Source: Chiloscyllium plagiosum (taxonomy: Eukaryota). Taken from it: a stretch of 64,000 nt of DNA. The stretch lies in the NCBI RefSeq assembly GCF_004010195.1, contig NC_057729.1:7669951-7733950 (forward strand). Reading direction: 5' to 3'. Within the stretch, counting starts at the first letter, position 1. Every line of letters begins with the position of its first letter. The notes under the pieces were generated by a model that made no database searches, was not told where the DNA came from, and saw only the letters and a program-made list of their open reading frames with translations. Positions 1-14,692 of the stretch are shown in pieces. The translations under genes were made by a program, and so were the position numbers.

Positions 1-64
1 TCCAACCCTGGCAAGATCCTTGTAAATCTTTTCTGCATCCTTTCAAGTTTCACATCTTGCCTCC

Positions 65-485
65 AGCTGGAAGAGAGAAGGTTCACTAGATTGATTCCTA
101 GGATGGGATGACAGGCTTTGTAAACTTGAATCATATTCTTGAGAGTTTATATGATTTCAGTGAAGCATATAAGATGCAAAAGGGGCTTAACAGGGTGGAT
201 AATGGGATGTTGTTTGCCTTGATTGGAGATTTTACAAGATAGGGATGTAGTCTCAGGATAAGGGGCTGACTTGTTGTGGGCTCAGATGCCAAGAAATGTT
301 TTTACTGAAACAGTTGTGAATTTTTGAAATCCTGTAGCCCAGAGGATTGTGGATGTTTATTATGGAGAATTTTTTGATCTCTTTTAGGGAATCCAGGCAT
401 TCAGGAAATGGACATAAAGTGAGGTTAATGCCAAAGAATGAATAGTGTAGCAGGTTTGAGAACCCTTTGGCTTCTCCTGACCTTA
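65..485 (+). mobile_element. Decayed CR1/HER1 LINE 3' fragment
   Basis: RT C-terminal motif 'agaaggttcactagattgattcctaggatg' (RRFTRLIPRM), followed by a CR1-like 3' UTR. Confidence 0.7.
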
Positions 486-789
486 CTTTATTTATATCAT
501 TCTGGATCTCAAGAAGATGTCAAGTAAATGAGGAGATAGCACAAAGTTTGTATGCTGCCTGTCTCAGTAGCAATGGGCACAGGTAAATCCCAAATCACAA
601 CACTGTGCCTGGAAACACACCTTAACGAATTACTCCCACACAAGTCACTATAAATAGCTTGAAAAAAATTGCCTATTGAGTTAAAAAGTAGCATTAAAAA
701 TTATTTCCAGAAAGACACCAAAATAATCTCTTTGGTAATTCTTTCAATTATAATTATGCAGTTTTATTGCAAGTAAGAAAATGTAGAAA

Positions 790-1226
790 TAAATTGCATT
801 TGTATAGCACCTTCCATGATATCAAAACATCCCAAAGCAATTTACAAATGATTAAATGCTTTTGAAAGGTTAGTCATTGTTACAAAATAAGAGAACACCT
901 AAATTGTGCTTAACAAGATCAATAACAAGAACAAGTAGTAATAAAATATGACAGAATCATTTTTTTGTTAGTTACTTAGTTAAGAGATAAACATTAGCCA
1001 GAACACTGTGAAGAATTCCTCCATTCTCCCTTGAAACTGTACAGGAGTTCACCCTCCCCACTTGATAGGACCATGCAATTGGTGTCACATTCAGCACTGC
1101 AGTGCAGACAATGAAGTGCACAGGAGGGTCAGTCAAGATTTTGTGTTCAAGTATCTGGCATGTGACTTAAACTCACGAGCATTTGTTTGATAGCGAAGAG
1201 TGCTCCTAACTGAACCACAGTTGACA
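790..1226 (-). mobile_element. SacSINE1-like DeuSINE, old
   Basis: Reverse strand shows a tRNA-like head 'gtcaactgtggttcagttaggagcactct' and a tail 'ttgctttgggatgttttgat...ggtgctatacaaatgc'. Confidence 0.7.
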
Positions 1227-1994
1227 AGTGAAGGAAAGGAATCAGGAAATGGAATATCAAAATTGGAACATATATTCAAAAATGGCACCTATCCACATCA
1301 ATATGTCAAACAGAATGGTCTACTCCTACTCCAGCCATATCTCTAGGCTGATCATTCAACAGAACATTTCAGAATCATGAACTCACTGTTTCAAAGATTG
1401 AGTGATGAGAAACCCAATATTATAATGTGTCCTCCAATAGGTCATCATGGTTTAAAAAAGGTACAGTCTTTCTTCAAGTGTTTTATTGCTCTTGTATAAC
1501 ATAAATTGCATAACCAACACAGTCCACTGTGTGAAATTGTTAATGCAGTATTGTCAGAATTCGAGCTCCATTCGCATTAATCTTTATTTAGCAAATCACC
1601 AAGAGCAAATTAATGCCTTAACTTGTGATGGCCTTTATCTGGAGGACAAGTTAAATGTTAGAATTGATATTGTTGGTTCTCATTTAATTTTGCTTTGTTT
1701 GAAGTAAGTGTGGAAGAAGAGAAATTTTCAACTTATCACAGAACCATTAAACTGCAATGAAATGTTGACACTTGTCCCAAAATGCCAATTTAACCCTCTG
1801 GCAGTAAATAGAAAATTATTCTTTGGATGCTTAAAAACTGAGAGAGAATCAGCTTAGTTATAGTGATGGGAGCAGTAAACTAGCTCAGATTTATAGTTTT
1901 CAGTTTATATTGTATGTGTAAAACTGGCCTTGTGGGATGAGCAAACTCTCCAAATGGGAAACCCATTGTATCAAGTACTGTGCCAAGTTCTTGA

Positions 1995-3600
1995 ATAGGA
2001 AATAGGAGCAGGAGTAGGCCATTTGGTTAATGAAGCTGCTCCATCATTTAATTTGATCATGGTTGATCTTCTATCCCAATGCTATTTTTCCGCACTAGCC
2101 CCTATCCCTTGATATCATTATTATCTGGAAATTTGAATCAGGTTTTGGTTTGAACCCATTTAATGACTGACCCTCTCTATTTCTCTATTTTTGAAAATTC
2201 CAAAGATTTACCACCTTCTGAGTGAAGGAAATGCCTCACATCTCAGTCCTAAATGGCTTACTTTTTATTCTGAGATTATGTCACCAGGTTCAAGAGACCT
2301 CTTCCACCAGACAGGGGAAACATCCTTCCTGCATTTAGCCTATTGAGCCCCATAAGAATTGTACATGCCTCATTCTTTTAAACTCTAGGGAATACAGGCC
2401 CGGTCTCCTCAAACTTTCCTCACAGAACAATTCCAACATCCCAGGAAACGGTTTGGTGAAATTCCATTGCACCCTCTCTACGGCAAGTATATCCTCTCTT
2501 AGATCAGGAGAGCAGATTGTACACAATATTCCAGACACCATCTCGAAAAGAGGTTATACAATTTCAGCAAAACTTTTTAATCCTATATGGAAATCATCTT
2601 TTGATTAATGGCAACATACAATTTGCCTTCATAATTGAATGGTATGTCTGCAAGCCAGTTTTCGGTGACTCATGAACAAGAACAACCAGACCCCTTCAGA
2701 TATTTACACTTCTTAATCTCTCACCATTTAAGAGGGACATCATATTTCTGTTTTTCTGACCAAAGTACAGAAATTTCACGTTTATTCTGATTGTATGCCA
2801 ACTGGCATGTTCTTACCCAGTCAACTAATCTATCTAAATTCTCTCTAAGCCTCTTTGTACTCACCTCACAGAACCCACTCCCACTCAATCTTGTATCAAC
2901 GGCAAACCTGGGAACATTATAACTGTTTCTCACATCCAAGTTATTGATGGACATTATGAATAGCTGGGATCCAAGCACTGATCCTTGTGGCACCTTAATC
3001 ACAGTCGAGATTAGAGTGATGCTGGAAAAGCATAGCAGGTCAGGCAGCTTCTGAGGAGCAGGAAAATCGACGTTTCAGGCAAAATCCCTTCATCAGGAAT
3101 GAAGGCGCCTTAATCACAGTCTACTAACCTGAGAATGACCTGTTTACTCCTACTTTCTACTTTATATCCATTAGCTAAATCCTCAACTATGTTACCCCTA
3201 ATTTTATTTACTTTATGGGAGGCCTTGAAAAGCCTTCTGAAAATTTAAATATACCACATTTGCTGGGTGCCCCAACAATCTTCTTGTTACATCCTAAAGA
3301 ACTCCAGCAGATTTGTTAAGTATGATTTTCTGTTGTTAATCCACATTGACTATTTGCAATCTTTCCATTATATTCTCATTCTCCTGTTAATATATCATTC
3401 AATATAGATTCCAGCATTTTCCCTCTGACTGCTGTTAGGCTAATAGGTCTCTTACCTATTTCATCTCTCCCTCATTTCTTAAATTGTGAGGTTACATTGA
3501 CCATTTTCAAATCGGTAGGAACCTACCAGAACCTATAGGATTTTTGAAACTGATTACCCATGCATCTATTATCTCTCCATCCAGTTTTAATTGCATAGAA
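1995..3600 (-). mobile_element. CR1/HER1 LINE, RT region plus 3' tail, decayed
   Basis: ORF 2721..3002 reads VPQGSVLGSQLFIMSINNLD...RFAVDTRL (RT motifs); 3' tail near 2000. Confidence 0.9.
3007..3103 (-). mobile_element. Short PLE terminal fragment (family A) with hammerhead motif, inserted in CR1
   Basis: 18-bp TSD ggcaccttaatcacagtc (2989-3006) / ggcgccttaatcacagtc (3104-3121); minus strand has CTGATGA..GAAACGTC. Confidence 0.85.
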
Positions 3601-3637
3601 TGAGGCTCTTCAGCCCACCATATATGGGGCAGCTTAA

Positions 3638-4022
3638 AGGGGATGTAGTGGCATGTTGGTATTGTCACTGGAGTGTCATTCCAGAAATCCAGGCTAAACC
3701 TCTGGAGATATGGATATAAATCCAACCATTGCAGCTGTTGTGATTTGAATGAAATGCAAGTCTAGAATTAAATCTGGCCTAACAGCAACCATGTAACCAC
3801 TGCTAATAGTTATAAAAATCATTTGATACACTAATGCCCTTTAGGGAAGGAAAGTTGCCATTCTTACCTGACCTGGCCTACAAGCAACTCCAGATCACAG
3901 CAATGTGCTTAACTATTAACTGCCCTCTGACATGACAAACCTTTCCATTCAAGGGGCAATTAGAGAAGCACAATTAATGCTAGCTCACCAAGAAATACCA
4001 ACATCCCACGAATGAATTAAAA
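3638..4022 (+). mobile_element. tRNA-derived SINE with LINE-derived 3' tail
   Basis: Body 'ctaatgccctttagggaaggaaagttgcc...cagcaatgtg' recurs at 51415-51700; tail matches the LINE end at 62680-62745. Confidence 0.75.
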
Positions 4023-4224
4023 AATTCTTGTCTTTGCAAGAGCAATTCAGCAATACGAACAGCATTGGCCAGAACACTGCACTCTTTCCCCTCTGGATAA
4101 TACTTCAGTTTCATTTTGAAAAACCCAAATACCTTCAGCAAACTGTCACAACCCTCAGGAAGAGTCTGCTCGAATCTAAGCCCCACTTTCACAGATATTT
4201 AAATGACAAATTTAAAATGTATTT

Positions 4225-4360
4225 TTCAACCATGTTTTGTTGCACAATCATGGCTCTGTAATGGCTATTAGATCATGACCATTTATCATATTATCCATTA
4301 ATTCATTTATCTTATTATGCTTCGTGCATAGAGATGAATGCTTTTAATATGAACGTTTTA
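4225..4360 (-). mobile_element. CR1 ORF2 endonuclease N-terminal fragment
   Basis: Near copy of 9500-9620; minus strand reads ARSI...DLIAITE. Confidence 0.65.
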
Positions 4361-5119
4361 TTGTGGTTAATTTGCCTGACATTGACCACTATCTAAAATA
4401 AACACACACCAGATCTCACCAAGAAATGTGAAAACAAAATTTATATGTCATAAACCCTCTCCTTTAACAAATTGTAAAACAGATTATTAATTACTAATAT
4501 GTAGATATTAACTATATCCCAACAACTACATGTATTTTTGGATATTTTCACCAATATAACAGACAAGCCATACAGAAATATCATTGGCGGAAAACATAAG
4601 CAAAAAAGGAAAGCATTCTGTGCGCCACAAACATGCAATCACGCAAGTTATTTTGGTTTCATGTGCTGATACCAAGTTGTTGTTGACCACAGTGATTCTC
4701 AATTGTTAGCTCGTCTGTCAGACAGAGGTTTTAACTTTGTTAGAAGTTCTTTGCAGAGTCTTTGAGCGCTGCTACTTTTCCACACTCAGAAGACAGAATG
4801 TAATGTTCAGCCTTAAACAAATTCAAAAGGTGTGCTGTTTATTTTCCAACTCAAAGGCACCCGGTGTCAGCTAGTCTCACAGGAGCATCAAATCCAGCTT
4901 CTCCAAAAGTTACACTACATGTGTAACCAACAAGTGAACACCACAGAATTCCACTTATCTTTTGAGGTGTAAAGAAGAGCAAATAGTAAATTCTCTGCAA
5001 CACAGCAGGATCTAATCTTCCATTTACCCAATTTATACTTCCCGGTAAAATACAAATAGTCCTTACAACACATTAAATTTGATTCATCACCTTCTTGCCC
5101 ACATTTAATCTAACCTTGG

Positions 5120-5795
5120 AGAGCAGGTTCAAAGTTCCTTGAAAGTGGAGTCACAGGTAGACAGGATAGTGAAGAAGGCATTTGGTATGTTGGCCTTTAT
5201 TAGTCAGTGCGTCGGAGTTGGGAGGTCATGTTTTGGCAGTACAGAACATTGGTTAGGCTACTTTTGGAATTCTGCATTCAATTCTGGTCTCCCTGCTACA
5301 CTAAATATGCTGTTACATTTGAATGGGTATGGAAAGGTTAGACAAGGTTATAGCCAGTTTCGGAGAGTTTGATCCATAAGGGGGTAGTGGATAGGCTTAG
5401 ATAGTGGATAGGCTGAGGCTGAGGGGTACTGTATAGAGGTTTATAAAATCATGAGGGGCATGGGTAGCCTGAATAGCCAAAGCCTTTTTCCCCAGGGTAT
5501 GGAAGTCACAAACTGGAGAGAATAGGTTTAAGGTGAGAGGGGAAAGATTTAAAAGGGACCTGAAGGGCACCCGAAGGATGGTGTGTGTATGGAATGAGCT
5601 GCCAGAAGAAGTGGTGAAGGCTGGTACAATCACAATTATTAAGAGGCACCTGGATGGGCACATGAAAGGAAGCGTTTAGAGGGATATGGGCCAAATGCTG
5701 GCAAATGGGACCAGATTAATTTCAGATATCTAGTTGGCATATATGAGTTGGACCAAAGGGTTTGTTTCTGTGCTGTACAGCTGTATGATTCAAAG
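5120..5795 (+). mobile_element. CR1/HER1 LINE 3' end
   Basis: ORF 5139..5372 reads KVESQVDRIVKKAFGMLAFISQ; typical 3' UTR ending 'gtttgtttctgtgctgtacag'. Confidence 0.9.
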
Positions 5796-6403
5796 ATGCT
5801 ATAATTACATCCCTTTGACCTTTTGACTGAAATCTCTGAGCTTCCCAAAGTGGAGCCACTTCAGTTGGGTTATGAAGTGTTGGGACACAATGACATTTGC
5901 AAAGTATAATTAAAATAAGAGTACTATTTGAAAGTTTAACTTCCTTAGTTAGCTACTTATCACCCCCAGACAGGTAGCCAATGGTGTTGGGAGCCCACCT
6001 ATAGAGACAGTGCAGGGAAGCTGGAGGTCAGCAGGGAGACAATCCCATGTTTCAGATTTTACATGTCACCTCATGTAGAATGCCATTTAATGTTGGAAAA
6101 TCTTCAAAGCCGTTGATTTAATTTGTAATTAACTAAAGCCTCAGCACTGAACCTCAAGGTGCCTTATTAGATTTTTAGCCTGTCATTCTGAAAATATCCT
6201 GTTTCCAACATTTAGCTAATTCTCTACCAATGCTAATATATGACTCCCTGAACCTTTGATTCAGCAAGATTTTTTATGACACCTTATTGAATGCCTTTTG
6301 AAAATTCAGGTATAATATATCTATCAATTTCTCTTTGTATCCCTTTGTCAAATGTAACTTTCCTTAAATAAAATCATGTTGGTCTGATCGTCCAATCATA
6401 CAC

Positions 6404-8590
6404 TGTTATGGACCAGACCAAACCCCCTCAAAATATACTCAGAAGATAGTCTAGACCCTAACATTTTCTTATTTTAAAGGTAAGTGTAAGGTGTAAGGTA
6501 ATTTGATTGGTCAAACTGCATGATATTAAGCAAAACACACTTTATTTTTACATGACAGTTAAAATACAACAAAGGGAAGAAGAAAATCGAATTGCTTTAC
6601 TCTAAAACAAAGAACAAAGAACAAAGAAAATTACAGCACAGGAACAGGCCCTTCAGCCCTCCAAGGCTGTTACCCAGCCAGTTTTCTATCCGTCTCGCTA
6701 GTACACCCTGGACCCCATGCGACTTCACTTTCTCCATCAGCCTACCATGAGGAACATTATCAAATGCTTTACTGAAGTCCATGCATATGATTTCTACAGC
6801 CCTTCCTTCATCAAGCAACTTTGTCACTTTCTCAAAGAATTCCATTAAGTTGGTAAGACATGACCTTCCCTGCACAAAATCATGCTGCCTAATACTGATA
6901 AGCCCATTTCCTTACAAATGGGAATAGATCCTATCCCTCAGAATCTTCACCAGCAGCTTCCTTACCATTGACGCCAGGCTCACCAGTCTATAATGACCTG
7001 GATTATCCTTGTTACCCTTTCTAAACAAAGGGGCAACATTAGCAGTTCTCCAGTCCTCTGGGGCCTCACTCAAGTTCAAGGATGCTGTAAAGGTATCTGT
7101 TAAGGCCCGAGCTATTTCCTCTCTTGCTTCTCTCAGTAACCAGGGACAGATCCATCTGGACCTGAGGACTTGTCAACCTTAATGCCTTTTAAAATACCCA
7201 ACACTTCTTCCGTCCTGATACCAACTTGACCGAGAGTAATCAAATATCGGTCCCTAACCTCAGCATCCATCATGTCCCTCTCCTCGGTGAATACTGACAC
7301 AAAGTACTCATTAAGAAGCTCAATTTTCCATTTTCTCTGACTCCATGCATAACTTTCTTCCTTTGTCTTTGAGTGGACAAACCCTTTCTCTAGTTACCTT
7401 CTTGATCCTTATATACAAATAAAAGGCTTTGGGATTTTTCTTAGCCCTATTTTTTAAAGATATTGCATGGCCACTTTTAGCCCTCTTAATTCCTCATTTC
7501 AGATTCGTCCCACATTCCCAATATTCTTCTAAAACTTTGTCTGTTTTCAGTTGCCTAGACCTTATATATGCTTCCATTTTCCTCTTAGCTAGTCTCACAA
7601 TTTCACTTGTCATCCATAGTTCCCTAATCTTGCCATTTCAATTCCTCATTTTCACAGGGACGTGGCTGTCCTGAACTCTAATCAAACTCTCTTTAAGAGT
7701 CTCCCACATATCCAATTTGGATTTGCCTCAAACAGCTGCTCCCAATCCACATTCCCCATCTCCTGCTGAATTTTGCTATCGTTGGTCTTCTCCCAATTTA
7801 GCACTCTTCCTTTAGGACCACTCTTGTGTTTGTCCATGAGTATTCTGTAACTTACGGAATTGTGATCACTCTTCCCAAAGTAATCCCCTACTGAAGCTTC
7901 AACCATCTGGCTGGGCTCATTCTCCAGCACCAGGTCCAGTATGGCCCCTTTCCAAGTTGGACTATTTACATACTGTTCTATAGAACCCTCTTGGATGCTC
8001 CTTAGAAGTTCTGCCCAATTAAACCTCTAACTCTAAGTGAATCCCAGTCAGTGTTGGAAAAATTGAAATCTCCCATCACCACCACCCTGTTGCTCCTACA
8101 TATTTCCATAATCCGTCTGTATATTTGTACCCATATCTCATTTTGCAGTTGGGAGGCCCATTGGAAAACTTAATGGAATAATAGATTATTTAACTATGAA
8201 ACAGTAACTGTTCCAAAAAAAGTAACATCCCATAAACACACCCTTGGACAAAGGCAAATTCATTAAAATAGGTTGTCTCACATGCAATTCTCCAGGCCAG
8301 GAAGAAAACATCAAGAGAAAAATCTTAGAGACAGTGTAAAAGGCAGAGATGTTCCAAACCCAGTTGTAAGACCCCAGCAGCTACTACTGAAAATTTTAAA
8401 CTAAAACTTCTGATTCTGAGGGAGCTTGTCCCACCCATTCAGGCTGCTTCTATTGTTCCACCCGTGAAGAAAAACAAAAGGTCTAGCAAGCTGTTTACTT
8501 TATGGGCTTTGAAGCAGAACAAATTAGCAGCTCTGATCTCAACATTTCTTCATTTAAAAAATGGACTAAATACACCTCTTAAAGTCACAT
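6404..8590 (-). mobile_element. Putative solo LTR split by the CR1 insertion at 6604-8159
   Basis: Begins TGTTA; minus-strand AATAAA near 6541; non-CR1 sequence on both sides of the LINE; no TSD found. Confidence 0.4.
6604..8159 (-). mobile_element. CR1 LINE, 5'-truncated in the endonuclease, with internal deletion of the RT C-terminus
   Basis: ORF 7682..7930 (DYFGKSDHNSV) and ORF 6597..6875 (GRSCLTNLMEFFEKVT...MDFSKAFD); RT joins the 3' tail directly at about 6666. Confidence 0.92.
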
Positions 8591-8599
8591 CCCTGATTT

Positions 8600-10420
8600 T
8601 CTAAAGGTCCTATTCCCACTTCCTTCCAGCATTTTTACAACAACTGGATCAGGCTCATAGCCCCCTTCTCCCTCCCTTTTTTCGTGAATGGTGTATCTAT
8701 TGTGAATATCCCAAAATCTACTAGAACAGCCAGAGCAATGACTATCTCTACCACCAATGCTTTTTTGGCTCTCAATTTAATAATATTTACACTCTGTTTA
8801 GATAGTTACAGATAAACTTTGTTTCTGGTAGAGTTGTTAACTCTCTATCCAAAACGGACTTATGAAATATCTCTTTAAGTGTTCACCACTGCTCATAGAA
8901 TACCATGTTTTTTACTTTAACTTTTATCTACTTGAGTCAACACCGGACCCCATATCTCTGGTAATTGACTTTCTTTAAGTTCAGTGTTTCATTTTTTGAC
9001 ACTTACATGTCACTCTCAACTAAACATGGAATTTCTGTTAGATTATGGTCATTCTTCTCCAGAAAATCTCATTATTTGTGATTATTGCACTCCAGCTGAG
9101 ATCTAAAATCATTTCTTTTCTGTTTGATTCTGTACTATACTGTTGTAGTAACCAGTCTCAAATGCATTCCATAAACACATTCCGCAAAATACTTTTGCCA
9201 ACCTGTTTTGCCCAGTCTAGTTCTTCATGATTATTACATTTCCTCTGTTATTGGAATCTCTTATTTCTTGATTAACACTCTGTCAAGCAGTATAGCTCTT
9301 AGGTAGCATATAAACTGCTCCTAGCTGTGTTTTCTATTTTTATCACCACCGTGCTGATTCTACACCCTGCTTTTCAGACCTAAGATCCTTCCTCACTACA
9401 ACATTAATGTCATCTTTTATTGGCAGAGTCATCTTTTCCATTTTGTCTGTCTTATTGAAATATCAAGTGCCCTGAAATAAATATTTTTCAATCTCTGTTG
9501 CTGTGCAACCATGTCTCTATAATGGCTATTAGATCAGAACCATTTATCAGATTAGTCCATTAATTAATTTATCTTGTTATGCTTCGTGCATTCAGATGAA
9601 TGCTCTTAATTGTAACTTTTTACCATTTTCACACAAGTTGACTTTATTTACTGATGCATTATTATCTTGTTGTTCCTTACTGTCACGCTCCACTGTTGTG
9701 TGGCCTTGATTTTTCTCTTTAGGTCTGTAAACTTTTTCTCACCTGAATTCTCCATGTGCCTTTACAGTTTAAAGCTCGAACTACAGCCCTAGTTACACAA
9801 TTTACTAGGACACCAGTTTAATCCCAGTTTCAGTGGAGCCCATCCCATTGGAACAGCTTTCCTTTCCTCAGGGTTACTGCCTGTGTTCCAAAAAACTCCT
9901 GTTCCCAAAAAACTCATTGATCTACAAATTAAGCTGCCGATCTATTTGTCCCATTGTCAATTTGTGGATGGTTTAGATAATAATTGGGATCTTTGAGATT
10001 CTGCTTTTAAATTAGAACCCCATCTCCCCATCAGAATCTCATTCTTTGTTCTTCCTATGTAGTTGGTTCCTATGTGGATCACAACAACTGGATCCTTCCT
10101 ACCCTCTCCAAATTCTTTTCCAGTTGCAAAGAGATGTCTTTAATCCTGATGCTGATGCTGGATGGGAAACGGAACGCTCAGAGGTCATGGCCACTGCTGC
10201 CAAGATCAGAATCTGTCCCTCTAACTATAGTATCCTCTATCACAAACAGATTCTTTATCATTCTGCCCATTTGAATAGGTTCCTGTATCATAATGCAGTT
10301 GTCAGTTTTGTTTCCATGCTGCAAACGTTGCCATCATCCACACAGGGAGAAAGAATCTTGTGTCTGGTAGGTAATGGTGATGGGTAAGGACTGTACCTGG
10401 AGTCCCCTTACCTGAAACAT
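8600..10420 (-). mobile_element. Old CR1 LINE: ORF1 esterase and ORF2 endonuclease remnants
   Basis: Minus strand of 10050-10150 reads RIKDISLQLEKNL...VVIHIGTNYIGR (SGNH-like ORF1); endonuclease start near 9600. Confidence 0.75.
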
Positions 10421-13400
10421 CTAGGGTCAGATCTTCACAGCCCTGTCCACCAACTGAACACATACCACTCCTCCTGGATCAAATTGTCTAAGTGATACTC
10501 CCTCTTCCTAATTGTTTACTATACCTGCATCTCAGACTCCAATCCAAACAATTCAGATTTCCTCAATATCCTTAACTATCCATGATAAATAGTCTCTATA
10601 AATTCTTACCTGATATAATTGTGGCAGGCCACCAGTCCTTCTGTCTGTTTATAAATTTGTTTTAATTATCAAATTATTCGATGCAATTAATTGACTAGGC
10701 TTGTCACTTTAAATCTTTAACTAATTACTTGATTTTGTTTAAGTTCTAGGTAGCTTGAAGTCAATGCTGTTGACTCATGACTGTTTCTCAACTTTGACAC
10801 TACATTAGCAGTAAGCTCTCTGATGTGAAAATTTCTTTGTGACTTTAAGAAGCTCTTCCATCAACTCCACTGGATAGAACTGTATTAAATTTCTCTTGTG
10901 ATGAAACAAATTTGTTCCCACTCATTTCATCAAAAAACTGTCATTTTCCTCGAAGTCACTTCTCTCTGCTACCATTTACCTTGCAGCAGCTAATTTGGAA
11001 TTTGCCTCCAAAGGAATGGAATTTTGAAACAATGTTAATGCCTTACCTCCCTCGCTAGTGATAACATTTATTTCATTTGAGTGTCTCATAACAAAATATT
11101 CCAAGGAGCATAAATAATGCATCGTCACAAAGCATTAGGTAATGTTAAATAAAATGCATTTATTTAACCAACAGGCCAGTTTTCCAAAATAGCCTCAGTG
11201 CCTTTATCTACAAACAAAAATTGAAATTTAATGCACCGTCCTGGGGTAGAACTTTTTTCTACATTTTGTATATTGCATGACAGTCATAATGCCTGGCAAT
11301 ATTTCAAAGCACCAACTTGATGGTAATAATCTCATGAATATTTATGCTTAAATCAGTGCCTAAGGTGTCAGTGAAACAAAGTAGTATCAACAGTTCCATT
11401 TAATTCAGCACATTTATTTCAAATCATAACTTGAAAGCTTAGAAAGTACTGCAACAACCGTTCTCCACATCTCTTGCAGCAACCTCAGTAGGGAATCAAC
11501 TCTCAAGAGACAGCCTTCAATGAGTCTATGCTGATATCCTACTCAAGTAATGGTAGCTAAAGTGTTTACTCATTATATTCCAGATTTCTTCCGATATGTT
11601 TTACTTTTCATTATGTCAATACAGCTGTTTGCATTGACAATATTATGTACCCTTTGAGCTGAAACCAGTAGATTGCAGCAGGGGACAAGAATGATACTGT
11701 TTTGGAAGGTCATACTGGCGAGATGCACGAGTTACCCCTGGTATTTTCCAAAAACCTCAGACAGCTAGTGAAATGGCACATTTTTGATGGTACATGCCTT
11801 ACTTTTAGGTTTGCCAGCCCTCCAACATTGCTCTAGTGTTTCCAGAAAGGTTAATGCTGTTGCGAGCAAGCCAGGTGAAAAATTAGTGCTACTGAACACA
11901 ATTGTGGGTTTTGTCTTTTTCTTTGCATTTTCAATTATTAGCTATAAAAGCATTCAACCATATCACAAAACTCAACTCTCTAGCCGTTCACGTGTCTCTG
12001 CAGATCACTGGCTTGCTATTTCTTTTGTGATGTTTTAAATTGACAGTGGACTACATCATGTACATGCATTTTTCTTCAACTAACCGAGATGTTTAGCTGC
12101 CTTAAAGCAAACCTTTAGTTCTGTATAGTACCAAAGTCACCAGGAGTTGAGTAATGCAGACCAATATGGACTTATTCTTAATATTCAAATAGCCTTGATA
12201 CTGTGCCCAATCCTTCAAGCTTAGAATATGTCATACAGAGACAGTGTTTGGAGTGCAACCAAAAGGAATAATTGAGGGAAAAAGCACAGATGCATTTAAG
12301 GGGCAGATATAAAAATGGGGAAGAATGGAATAGCAAGTTATGGTGTAGGATGACAAGAGGAACACTGGGAGGGCACATATTGAATACTTTAACTGGAATC
12401 TGAACTATTCAGTGCATGTCTATACACCTATAGAACCAAATGATCTGCTTCTGTGCTGAACATCACATTTCTGACATAGTGTTCCACTAAACTAATACAC
12501 AAAGGAAGTAAATTTCTTCCAAGATATTCACAATAATGTGGCTCTAAAGGGTTAAGGTGCTGTTAAAAAAAAACAAACTGGAAGTGTGAATTAATCAGCA
12601 GCTTCACTAAATCTGTACATGCACAAGAGGCAAAAATGTGGAATCACATAAAACACAGCAAACATAAGAGGCTGAGATGGGAGCCTGCAGATATATGATA
12701 AGAAGCTGATTATTATTCATGTTGTATTAAAATGCATTTGCTGTTTGTCTGATAATAGAATCCATGATCTCTAATCCACTACAATATAAATGACTTGTCA
12801 GGAATCAACAGGGAACAGATATAAGTGTCTGAGAAGGGTGGTAAAAACTGATGAAGTAACAACTATTGTGAGCTTATTGTGAATTCTAAACTTCCATGAA
12901 GTTTGATACAAATCTTTAACAAGTTGAGTACTTTGTGTAGTTATCTGATCTAACTGTGGTTCAATCACAGAAAGGACATTGGTGCATGTTTTACAATGAA
13001 TATCGACACCTTCCACCTGCAAGGGATTGCTATTTGTTTCAGCACAAATGGGTTTAAACACAAGGGTTCTGTAAATCTGAATGGTTCCTTGTAACATGTA
13101 AATATAAATCTCCTCAAAGATTAGAAATCTTCAGATTTCCCAAATTGGATTTTTCCTTCAATTTTAGGAGAAGTATTTGCTCACCAGATTATTTATTTCA
13201 TGACTGTCTATTTAATATTTCCGCATTTTATTTTTATTCACACTTTCAAACTGTTCCATATTTCCTAGTTACATTAGTAAGCTTCAGATCAAACAATAGA
13301 AGGGAAATGCAGTTGAGGGAGCTGGGAGGGATGAGACTTAATCCTAAAAGAAACTGTTGTCTTTTTTTTACTTTGTTTTTCTTTTTATATTCAGAAATGC

Positions 13401-14494
13401 TCTGAATGTTGTCCAAATGGCCACAACATCTTATTTTTGTTTTTAACTACTAACCGTCACCAGTAATTAGTTTATCAAATGACTTACCCTCGAAAGGTTG
13501 TTGATTGCATTTATAAAGGTAACTGTTGGCAGATTCCGGTCTTATTGCTCTGCAGAATCAAATTGTGCATCTGGAGGGAAATTAGGATCAGGCAACCGCA
13601 GACCAGATTTCAGAAAAATGGTCAGACCCACAATGACAATTTAGCACAACCAAAAGGAGAAATAGGGATAAGTAGACCATTTTGTTGGCAAGATTAAACA
13701 ACCAGACAAGTTCAGCCTGCAGAATTGCCTGAGACCTCCACCAACCTTTGGATGTAATGGAGATACTAAGGAAAATTATTAGCCAAGTGTTCAGGAGTTC
13801 ATCCACTTCCCAAAATGACAAGTTCCCAAATACCAGAATGTGACAATGAATGAGAAAAAGGGAATGGAAGATTGACATATTATTAAAAAAAATTGTCAAA
13901 GCATCAGAATACAGGAAAATGGGGACCATATGACCATAAGACCACAAAATGCAGAAGCAGAAGTAGGTCATTCAGCCCATTGATTCTGCTCTATCATTTA
14001 ATGAGATCATAACACCCTAAACTCAACATTACTGCCCTTTCAACATAACCGTTGATTCCTTTACTAATTAAAAACCTGTCTATCACAGTTTGGAACATAC
14101 TTAATGATCCAACCTCGACAGCCTTGTACTGTAAAGAATTTCTCAGAATCAGTTCCCTCTGGAAGAAGAGTATTGCTACATGGTTTTGTTACCTTCCCCT
14201 TCATAAAGAAAGGTAAAACATTGGCATTATTCCAATCCTTTGGGACTTTTCCAGAATCTAAGGATTTATGGAAGATTACTGCCAGTGCATTCGCTATCAC
14301 TGCAACTATTTCTTTTAAAATCCTAGGATGTGTTCCATTTGGTCTTTGGGGACTTAGCTGTCTTTAGTTCCTTCCATTTCCCTTGCACTCTTTCTCTTGT
14401 GACCATAATTAGGTTTTTCTTGGTGTCTTCTCTGTGAAGAATGATGCAACATGTTTCTTCAACTTGTCTGCCATTTCCTGGTTCCACATTAATA

Positions 14495-14692
14495 TCCGGG
14501 TGCTCCGGTTTCCTCCCACAGTCCAAAGATGTGCAGGGTCAGGTGAATTGGCCATGCTAAATTGCCCGTAGTGTTAGGTAAGGGGTAAATGTAGGGGTAT
14601 GGGTGGGTTGCGCTTCGGCGGGTCGGTGTGGACTTGTTGGGCTGAAGGGCCTGTTTCCACACTGTAAGTAATCTAATCTAATCTAATCTAAT
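14495..14692 (+). mobile_element. HE1 V-SINE, 5'-truncated
   Basis: V-domain 'ccgggtgctccggtttcctcccacagtccaaagatgtgc' and (CTAAT)n tail. Confidence 0.92.
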
